64,000 nt of DNA from Pecten maximus (Eukaryota): NCBI RefSeq assembly GCF_902652985.1, contig NC_047033.1, forward strand, positions 17,918,001 through 17,982,000, written 5' to 3'. Under the pieces are notes generated by a model. It did no database searches and was not told where the DNA came from. It was given only the letters and a program-made list of their open reading frames with translations. Both the position numbers and the translations under genes were made by a program. Each line of letters opens with the position of its first letter. Position 1 is the first letter of the stretch. Positions 54,401 to 64,000 of the stretch are shown in pieces.

Positions 54401-57400
54401 ATGAAAATATATCAAAATTTATAACGGTATGTTAAATTTTCAAATATAACATTGATTCAACAGAATCTTTTTATATGCTGTAACTCGATGTGACTTTAAA
54501 GAAATAGTCCATTACGACATGTAATGGATTGATATTACCCACTCTAGTTTATGAAAAATTAAAGAGGATTGCATGATAGCCGAAAATAGCATGACAAAAT
54601 GATACGCGTTTTCATATCTTTGTGTACCATAGAAAGTGTATAAATGTACATAAAGATTAGAAAAATCAAGTATTACCAAGATTTAAAAAACTTTACAAAC
54701 CAAACTATTTACTTTAACATGCATTTGGACAAACAACCGATATCATATATCATATTCAAATTATCATATATGTCCGTACCAATGGGTACGAATATATATA
54801 TATATGAAAACTCCTTTTGGCTCTCGGCGATATCCTTCAGGAAATCTAGTAAGGATTGTCCCGCCAGCCTCTCCCGTTACAGATAATCTAGTAAGGAGGG
54901 GGTAACATGTCCCGCCAGCCTCTCCCGCTACAGATAATCTAGTAAGGAGGAGGTAACATGTCCCGCCAGCCTCTCCCGTCACAGTTAATCTAGTAAGGAG
55001 AAGGTAGCATGCCCCGCCAGCCTCTCCCGTTACAGATAATCTAGTAAGGAGGAGGTAACATGTCCCGCCAGCCTCTCCCGTTACAGATAATCTAGTAAGG
55101 AGGAGGTAACATGTCCCGTCACCCTCTCCCGTTACAGCTAATCTAGTAAGGAGGAAGTAACATGTCTCGCCAGCCTCTCCCGTTACAGATAATCTAGTAA
55201 GGAGGAGGTAACATGTCCCGCCAGTCTCTCCCGTTACAGATAATCTAGTAAGGAGGAGGTAACATGTCCCGCCAGCCTCTCCCGTTACAGATAATCTAGT
55301 AAGGAGGGGGTAACATATCCCGCCAGCCTCTCCCGTTATAGATAATCAGTAAGGATGAGGTAACATGTCCCGCCAGCCTCTCCCGTTATAGATAATCTAG
55401 TAAGGAGGAGGTAACATGTCCCGCCAGCCTCTCCCGTTACAGATAATCTAGTAAGGAGGAGGTAACATGTCCCGCCAGGCTCTCCCGTTACAGATAATCT
55501 AGTAGGGAGTAGGTAACATGTCCTGCAAGCCTCTCCCGTTACAGATAATCTAGTAAGGAGGAGGTAACATGTCCCGCCAGCATCTCCCGTTAAGGATAAT
55601 CTAGTAAGGAGGAGGTAACATGTCCCGCCAGCCTCTCCCGTTACAGATAATCTAGTAAGGGGGGGGTAACATATCCCGCCAGCCTCTCCCGTTACAGATA
55701 ATCTAGTAAGGAGGAGGTAACATGTCCCGCCAGTCTCTCCCGTTATAGATAATCAGTAAGGATGAGGTAACATGTCCCGCCAGCCTCTCCCGTTATAGAT
55801 AATCTAGTAAGGAGGAGGTAATATGTCCCACTAGCCTGTCCCGTTACAGATAATCTAGTAAGGAGGAGGTAACATGTCCCGCCAGCCTCTCCCGTTACAG
55901 ATAATCTAGTAAGGAGGGAGGTAACAATATCCCCGTCAGCCGCTCCCGTTATAGATAAATCTAGTAAGGAAGGAAGGTAAATGTCCTCGCCAGCCTCTCC
56001 CGCTACAGATAATCTAGTAAGGAGGAGGTACATGTCCCGCCCAGTCCTCTCCGTTACAGATAATCTAGTAAGGAGGAGGGTAAAACATGTCCCAGCCAGC
56101 CATCTCGCCGTTACAGGATAATCTAGTAAGGAGGAAGGTAACATGTCCTGCCAGCCTCTCCGTTACAGATAATCTAGTAAAGGAGGGAGTAACATAGTCC
56201 CGCCAGCCTCTCCCGTTATAGATAATTCTAGTAAAGATGAGGGTAACATGTCCCGCCAGCCTCTCCCGTTACAGATAATCTAGTAAGGGGGGGGGTAACA
56301 TATCCCGCCAGCCTCTCCCGTTACAGATAGTAAGGAGGAGGTAACATGTCCCGCCAGCCTCTCCCGTTACAGATAATCTAGTAAGGAGGAGGTAACATGT
56401 CCCGCCAGCCTCTCCCGTTACAGATAATCTAGTAAGGAGGAGGTAACATGTCCCGCCAGCTTTCCCGTTACAGATAATCTAGTAAGGAGGGGGTAACATA
56501 TCCCGCCAGCCTCTCCCGTTATAGATAATCTAGTAAGGAGGAGGTAACATGTCCCGCCAGCCTCTCCCGTTACAGATAATCTAGTAAGGAGGGGGTAACA
56601 TATCCCGCCAGCCTCTCCCGTTATAGATAATCTAGTAAGGAGTAGGTAACATGTCCCGCCAGCCTCTCCCGTTACAGCTCGTATCATTTAGTAGTACTAA
56701 CATAAGTATTTTGTACTGCGTGTTTCGCAGCTACATATACATGTCTATGTGTGTCTATTACAGATGAATTCCGATATTCAATAATACAACAGATTTTATT
56801 CATAATAACATTTATTGTCATGAAAATATAAATGTAACAAATATGCACAATAGCTGTATAATCGTAATCACAAATGAAAAAGAAACAGATTATACATAAC
56901 CTTGCGCCAAGCACACGCAGACGTACAGATAAACTGTCATGTTCAGTAATGGATACCTACAAAATTTTGAGTTTGTATTATAGCAAAGCAAAATAAAAAG
57001 AAAAAAACAATTAGACTACAATCAGAATAGTTGGTAAGAAACGTGTTTATGTTGTTATCAGACGCGTTATAAGAGGGATTTTAAAACATTTGCTATATTT
57101 CCATTATCAAGCACTGTCCCTCAGGGCAAGCGTTTTTAGGAAAAGTTGACATATGAATGGGCGACGGAAAAAATTGTCCTGTCGTGGCCACAAAAGCATG
57201 TTTCATTGTCCTTCCGTTTTGTTTCCCCGTCCTAGCTGTCATGTAGTAATCACAATATTGACTGTGAGGATAATAAGAATATTAGAATATTGTCAAAATC
57301 TCTGGTATTTGACTCTAATTATCGACGTAAACATGTTTTAAATCCTAAACGATATCCGATATTAATTATCAATGCCAATCATTTGCTTTGCTTTTAGAGA

Positions 57401-58059
57401 AGGTGCGAATCGCTATTCGAAGCCATTATAATGTGGAGATATCATGAAAACTACTTGTGCATCCAAGAAACATACAGTCCAAGGCATCCGATGATGGTAT
57501 TAGAGAGGTGCTTATGTCAACTCTTAGAGGAGCTAGATATAAACAAAAAGGAAAGAGAAAAAGTGGTGAGGTGATAATGGAGGTCATATTATTCAAATCG
57601 TGCAAAGTATCCATCCGCTCATATATGGAAAGACGGAGCAACTCCTATATTAATAAACAAATTTGATACATGAATGCAAACTTACAATTATAAAATCCAA
57701 CACAAATTCATCTAAAATATACCACACTACACAGTTTTTAACAGACAAAACACAGAACCAAATATCATTGAATAAACTACATGTACGTTAAATTATAAAT
57801 ATATTGTTTCATTTTATTATTCATTCATATTTGTCTTTTTAAAAGTTTGGTTTTTGAGTGATACAATACATCTTTCTAATTTTTTGCCTAAATAAACATC
57901 TAAAATCGGCCATGTTTGCATGCATGTTAAAAATGATGTACTGAAACTTGTATTTTTTCGGTTTAACAGGAAACCCAAAATATAAGGACTGATGATGAAG
58001 AAACTTGTGTAATGGAAATTGTAGGAACGGAATCTTCCGAAGATACGATGTGTACATGA
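48468..58059 (+). CDS. TIR-domain protein with two TM helices and a TMEM268/DUF4481-like C-terminal region (439 or 466 aa)
   Basis: Exons 48468-48658, 49585-49895, 51747-51901, 52341-52631, 53008-53112, 53676-53711, 54317-54370 and 57398-57574 (stop); or donor after 57565 plus exon 57970-58059. All GT-AG, in phase. TIR motifs FHVFISYS, CMLADHHFTPG, VLFVVSKQFLESGYCERE. C-terminal IVFIYYDIAPCWNYFKEHV and RHPMMVLERCLCQLLEE. Confidence 0.85.
50594..50826 (-). ncRNA. Tandem array of five 49-nt minimal hammerhead-ribozyme units (one with intact core)
   Basis: Units at 50594, 50643, 50692, 50741, 50790. Minus-strand consensus CAUCA-CUGACGA-GUCC-UAGAA-GGAC-GAAAC-AGCU-GUA-UGAUG. Unit 50818-50790 has exact CUGACGA...GAAA...GUA. 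Confidence 0.75.
51389..51610 (+). mobile_element. tRNA-derived V-domain SINE
   Basis: A box tggccgagtggttaagg, B box gagttcgaaac, V-like core ggtggtttttctccgggcactccggctttcctccac, (aaac)n tail, TSD TTGTAAA (51382-51388, 51611-51617). Confidence 0.85.
54843..56677. repeat. 51-bp minisatellite, ~36 copies, in intron 7 of the TIR gene
   Basis: Unit aatctagtaaggaggaggtaacatgtcccgccagcctctcccgttacagat. Period confirmed (54886 to 54937). Confidence 0.97.
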
Positions 58060-58316
58060 GGAAGTTTTGCCGCGACAAGCGACAGTCAAGGACACAGTAA
58101 TGATGTCATACAACCAGCTTATATGCACTCAGCCGTTCACTTATAGTGAAACCTATGTCCAATCTAGTCCTTGCCATGATACTTGTCCAATAATTCTGTA
58201 AACGAGCTGATTTTGGCTGACAAAAACAATTGTGAATAGGAAACACAAGATAGTAGCATATTCAAACTAAACTGGGAGCTAGACACAGTAGAGCTAAAAT
58301 GACTGCAACTTCACCA

Positions 58317-58895
58317 TACAGCTGTTTTGTCCTTCTGTGACTCGTCCGTGGTGTTAGGGACACTATACAGTTGTTTAGTACTTCTGGGACTCATTAGTGA
58401 TGTTAGGGGCACTACACAGTTGTGTAGTACTTTTGGGACTCGTCAGTGATGTTAGGGGCACTATACAGTTGTTTAGTACTTCTGGGACTCGTCAGTGATG
58501 TTAAGGACACTATACAGTTGTTTAGTACTTCTGGGACTCGTTAGTGATGTTAGGGGCATCATACAGTTGTGTAGTACTTTTGGGACTCGTCAGTGATGTT
58601 AGGGGCACTACACAGTTGTGTAGTACTTTTGGGACTCGTCAGTGATGTTAGGGGCACTATACAGTTGTTTAGTACTTCTGGGACACGTTAGTGATGTTAG
58701 GGACATTATACAGTTGTTTAGTACTTCTGGGACTCGTTAGTGATGTTAGGGGCACTATACAGTTGTTTAGTACTTCTGGGACACGTTAGTGATGATAGGG
58801 ACATCATACAGTTGTGTAGTACTTCTGGGACTCGTCCATGATGCTAGGGACATCATACAGTTGTTTAGTCATTCTAAGACTCATAATTGATGTTA
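58317..58895 (-). repeat. 49-bp minisatellite (~12 copies) derived from the same hammerhead unit, catalytic GAAA lost
   Basis: Units every 49 bp from 58317 to 58856. Minus strand CATCA-CTGACGA-GTCC-CAGAA-GTAC-TAAAC-AACT-GTA. Confidence 0.9.
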
Positions 58896-61800
58896 CATGT
58901 CTAAGTGTTGGCGAGAGGAGGCGACTTAAAATAAAACTCGAAATATATTTAAAGAAATGCCAAAATCTTGATAGGGAGCTGAAAAATATTTCACATTATC
59001 TAATCATGTATTCATTAGGAACAGTGAACAAAAACTAACTAACACAGTATCTAACAGAGAAATGTCAAACCGCTAACATATATGGATGTATACATATGTG
59101 TCCTGTCCAGCAGGAGTAAAGACTATACTATTCTACACATGTCCAACCACCTAATGGTAGCAACCTATAATAAGTATATGCCACTGATAAAATGTCGCCC
59201 GATTCCGAACTCTGCAGATATTGCCATTCTACTGCGTTTTAGAAATTTCAGGTAGATTCAACAGGCATCTATTTAATAGTTCTCCAATATGGTAGTCTCA
59301 TTTTGAATCGTCAAGATGCAAACGTTATCAACAAGTATTCAAGGATAATTGCTTAATTTGTACATTTGAAATAAGGTTTCACAAATCAAGTGGTTTAAAA
59401 GCATTAACACTTTAGAGAAAAATCCACTTTAATTTCATATTTTTCAATTTGCTCTGCTTTGTCATTATATAACTTCATTAAGCAAATTAGAAAGTGATCA
59501 GATCATGATATATATATATTATATGATTCCCATTGATGTAGCAACATGAAGAACAATGCTCTAACGTCGTGTCTAAATGACGTCGCTGCCTCAGATCACT
59601 ATATTAAGTGTATTTTTGACGTCACGAAAATGCGTGCTACCGGATTGAAAATCTCGATTGAACACTAACTCACACACATTTGTGTAGATACATTGTATGT
59701 TGCATAGAAAGTTAAATGAAATTGATGGGTTTTTTTTGTTTTTTTTCCACGAACTTTATTTTTTGCCGGGACCGGTCGCGTGTTTTCTTGACGTCACAAG
59801 AATAAGCTATTGTCCTATATATTTTTCACACGATTATAGACAAATGCGCGTTATTCAATTGGTCTCCAATCCTTGTGAGAATTATAGGACAATGGCGTTC
59901 CAAAGAAGGCAGTTTGATGCTTAAATATTAACATTTGATTTCGTAGTACGTTGTTAGGACAGCGTCATACTTGTGCTATATGTCTTAATGGCATTTGTTT
60001 TATTTTAAATGTAATCATACTTAGTTTTTACCTATCAATGGGTTATTTTAAAATATTAGTATTACAAACTTCCAAATCGTTTCCAGTTTTATTACTAAAT
60101 GTACATGTATATTAATACAGAATTTTAAGTTCCAGTGTGATATATCTTTTTATGCTCTACATGACCATAGACATTGGAGGGCTTGTAAAATCTATTAATC
60201 AATTATATGATTCACGATGTAACAATACAGTGGTCACGTGATCAAAATACGTACAGCTTATTTCTACATCACAAAGTGATGATGGCAATTGATTTAATGG
60301 TAAATTTGATTTTGTTCATCGTTATTCTGGGATAGAAATGTTAGGTTAACAATCGTTAATTAACCGAGGAACTGAAATCATTGGTAAAATTAATTGACGA
60401 GAAGAAATTTAACGATCGTGAAATAGATTTTTTTAAAGACATTTTCCTATCATATTTATGGGACGCGTGGAGATGTCACCGTTGTGTGCACATGTCAATA
60501 TCTGAAACATAATATGATTATGAGCGGATTTACATATCTACACATGCATTGTACAACCCCAGACTAATTATGTGTAATGTTTGCGGGCAACATCTTTATA
60601 TGCAATGTATATAAATCAAACTAGACATTACGATCGTTTCTTTAATAACGAAAAACAATCATGTTTGAATTCATCATGCAATAACATACAAACTCTCAAA
60701 ATATGGTAACTGAAGCAAATTGCATAGTTAGGAAATAGAAAACGTAGCAGTTCCCCAATACCTGTAACCTACGGTGAGCCATTTACGTCACTATGATACA
60801 GTTGTGGGTGTACAGAAGCGCGTGCAAGTGTATCGCAAATGAAAAAAAAGTGTATCGCAAATGAATTTCTCAATTGAAATTACGAAAAAGAAAAAAGAAA
60901 TAGGCATATTAGTGTCGTAGCATTTTGAAATTTTAGGTAAACTGCTAGTTACATTTTATATAAACGCAAAAAGGAAATAATAAAACAGATCATGCACAAT
61001 GTTCCTTTTTCGTTACTATTTTCCTGGACGAATATGCTGACAAAAATAAGTGTTTTAAAGCCTGCTAAACTTGAACTTATACAACACAAACTATAATTGT
61101 GACATACGCACCATTCTGTACATTTGTCAATCAGATTGATCCACAGGGACCAGTGTCAACTAATCTGCGATATAAACATATAAGAAAATACATACTCGAT
61201 AAATCTTAAAAAAATTGATCCCACAACCGCTGTCCATCTAAACAGGGACATATAATAAGACACTATATGATCACGGACTAAGTCTGTGAGGTATATTACG
61301 ACTCTATGTATCACAGGACACATGAACAATATAGATATAAAATAAAACAAAAGCTTACATCGGACACCTATATAATTGTAAACGTACATATTTTAGGGGT
61401 GATCTTACATTAAAGCATTGCACTAGTATTATGATAGTACTAATTGCACTGTATGTATATTGTTTCTACATTTATACTGTAGATAAGCCAATTCCTTGAT
61501 GCACTAAAGTTTGAATGCGCCAAAATATAAATGTTTACATCAATAAGTCTATGATTACATTTGAATAAACTAATGATTTTACTATAACTACAAAAATGTA
61601 CGATAAACATCATAAATGTGCACAAATAATCAGTTATATCAATATAATTAAAATCATATCTCTCCTTACCCTTTGTAACCTAACAAACACAGGTGAAATA
61701 TGAGAGATTATTAATAGAAATTAAATTGATCAAACTCAGAAGTCTTCTTAAAAAGCTAATACATTATACAAAAACATTGTAATTTGAAGCGATGAGATTA

Positions 61801-63112
61801 ACACGTTTTGACAAATAGTACTAATAAATTTATTATACTTAATTATAAAGTAGCAGCAATAAAATAAACTGTTCTTAAATATTTCCAGCAGTATGTTTAA
61901 ATTCAATCTCGATTTTGTTAAAAAAAGGAGCAATGTAATGTATATAAATGGCATGACGCAAAAATGATCGTGTAAGAATATTTTTTTTTTTTTGTATTTT
62001 CATAAATTCTGTTAGAATCAATCGATAGTTGGTAATATAAAGAGCAACATCAACAATTCACATCCTTTTCATAAAGCAGAAGATTTGCCTTTTTGTTAAT
62101 AAACTTGCACTTGTCATTGACTGTTAATATGGTTTGATTATTTGGCTTTGCTTTGCTTGTTTATTCATTTATTTATTTTCATGCAAAAGGCAAACGGATT
62201 ACTAGTAATAGCGCTTTCAAACATGACTTTAGAAATAGGTTTATGTCAAATAATACATACAACTGCATCATTAAACTATTCATTCCTTGTTGGGCTTATT
62301 ACTAGTGAAAAATATGGAAGCCATGAAGGGACATTTTTAGTTACTACTCATTTGCTAATGAGTATTATCAAGACTAACGTATTACAGCTGAAACAGTCCA
62401 TTATACTGGACAGCCTTTCAATGTTTTGTCATAATTATCAAATAACACATAAGTTATAACAAATAAGAGACAACAAATAAGTCTTAACTAAAACTGTCCC
62501 TTCATCGCTTCCATAGAAAAAAAGGGTTCTCCATATAGAAAGTTTAGAAAATCAAGCACTGCTTAAAACATTTGGTAAAACGGAGAAAGGGACGTACAGT
62601 TGATCCTATAGGTCAACCAATTTGGTATTTTTAATGTAATTCAAAAGAGAAAATATGAGTGTATTTCCGACATGGTGCTTATGCATAATAGCATGTAAGA
62701 TAATAACAAACCTTGGGGACTCCAATTTCTGCACTTGATTGTCTATAAATAGCTCTAAACAATAGGGACAAGGGTCAAACAAATACATGTTCTGTCAATC
62801 AAATATATATCATAAACGATACAACAGGAGAACTAAAGTCGCCAACATGAAAATCATAAATTATTTATATATACGGTGAATAAACATTGTAGGTTTCAAC
62901 AACCTAATTTTTCTTAACGATCTTCAGACATAAGCTGCTAGTGAATTTTAATTACCAAACGTAAAGCTGTTGCAAATTGAACATTGAAAATTGAGAAATT
63001 AATGTTGATACACGTTGAATATAATCTTTATTACAACAGTGTAAGCTTGAACACTTCGGAAAAGGAGAAATAAATAATATTAATGATAGAGATGTAGATA
63101 ATAGAATCTTAC

Positions 63113-63205
63113 ATGGGCCTGTTCCGTGGACCGGGATAAGCCTCATGCTGGCCAGCCAAACTCTGACACGAGGGTCGGAATATCGCTGTCCACGGTATAG
63201 ACCAA
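63113..63205. repeat. Imperfect hairpin, probable Crypton-type terminus
   Basis: ccgtggac.g.gata ... tatcgctgtccacgg inverted arms. Confidence 0.35.
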
Positions 63206-64000
63206 TGTTTGATTATTTTTCTCACAGATATACTGTAATTAAAAAGTAACAAAGTGTAAGGTGTTGTGAACCTTTTCCATTGTGCCATCATGAAAATGTG
63301 TGTCAAAATTGATGGCGTTATCAATTTGCGACACGGAAACACTGTCATTCCATACATCATGTGAGATTGACCTATCCCATCCCTAGCAACCACGTGATCA
63401 CCCTGTGCAGTTTGCGAGAAATATACCTTTATTTATCTATATATTATGTTACGTGATAAAACACCCAACATTTAATTATAATACAAAAATTAAGCTTGAA
63501 ACAAATGAGAAATTAAGGATGATACACAGGGTCTCTAATCTCTAATCTAACTAACACAAGAAAGCTTTTCGTATTATGCATACATGTGCTAGGAAAGATT
63601 GTAGACACAATGCAAATAGCACCTTTAAAGATGAAACTGTACCATACAAAATTAATGTTTTTATATTTTGTGTAAAGACAATTGTTTTAGATAATTACAG
63701 CATTTACTTGAAATCCCTCATTCAAAATACAATGGTATGTATACAATACCAATTAACAACTTAACTTACTTCAATGTCTAATTTATTATTGACCATGTGT
63801 AATCTTTCTTTATAATTACATCATTGAATATCAAAACCGTATTAACACATTACACTGTATGTACTAGAGACTGTATTTTTGATTATATCTAAAATCTGTC
63901 ACAAAATATAGAAAGAGAATGGAAGAATGTACAGCAATTCTGCTTTGAAAAACTGGCATTTCCCGTGGAAATGATATTGACTAATTAATATAAGATAGGG

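Noticed and set aside
54843-56677. CRISPR array, or coding repeat (ORFs 54764..54982, 55743..56144, 56418..56687)
   Set aside because: No unique spacers and no cas genes. The ORFs arise only because 51 is divisible by 3 and are broken by indels.
54843-56677. Twister ribozyme in the 51-bp unit (gtaaggaggagg, taac, gtccc resemble twister motifs)
   Set aside because: The conserved GGUCCCAAGCC element and pseudoknot pairings could not be built; the similarity is superficial.
58317-58895. CRISPR-like repeat array
   Set aside because: Pure tandem units without variable spacers in a eukaryotic context.
59000-64000. Short ORFs in the last 5 kb
   Set aside because: AT-rich, no recognisable motifs or consistent exon chain.

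Overview
AT-rich, intron- and repeat-rich eukaryotic DNA, most likely from a bivalve mollusc (inferred from Helentron/HINE-type elements, V- and Meta-type SINEs and Crypton relics). It is not prokaryotic: no operons, rRNA or CRISPR arrays. Three spliced protein-coding genes can be rebuilt by hand with consistent GT-AG phases: (1) minus strand, <1..9077, signal peptide + PAN/Apple + Cys-rich linker + at least 4 copies of an unnamed ~125-aa repeat; (2) minus strand, 34651..40881, a type I membrane protein whose furin-like Cys-rich ectodomain is one 3-kb exon; (3) plus strand, 48468..57574/58059, an N-terminal TIR domain fused to a 2-TM TMEM268/DUF4481-like region. Between the divergent genes 2 and 3 sits a 4.47-kb Polinton/Maverick derivative (6-bp TSD, ~800-bp TIRs, left terminus amplified 4x) carrying only a frameshifted zinc-finger/packaging-ATPase gene. 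The most unusual non-coding signal is two related 49-bp minisatellites (50594-50826, 58317-58895). On the minus strand their whole repeat unit reads as a minimal hammerhead ribozyme (CUGACGA-GUCC/GGAC-GAAAC-AGCU-GUA), so the arrays look like head-to-tail ribozyme concatemers. The rest is a 5'-truncated LINE, a Crypton relic, pogo/Tigger MITEs, a long-TIR 8-bp-TSD element, a tRNA-containing solo LTR, SINEs, a 51-bp minisatellite and one assembly gap. All family assignments come from motif recognition; no searches were run.
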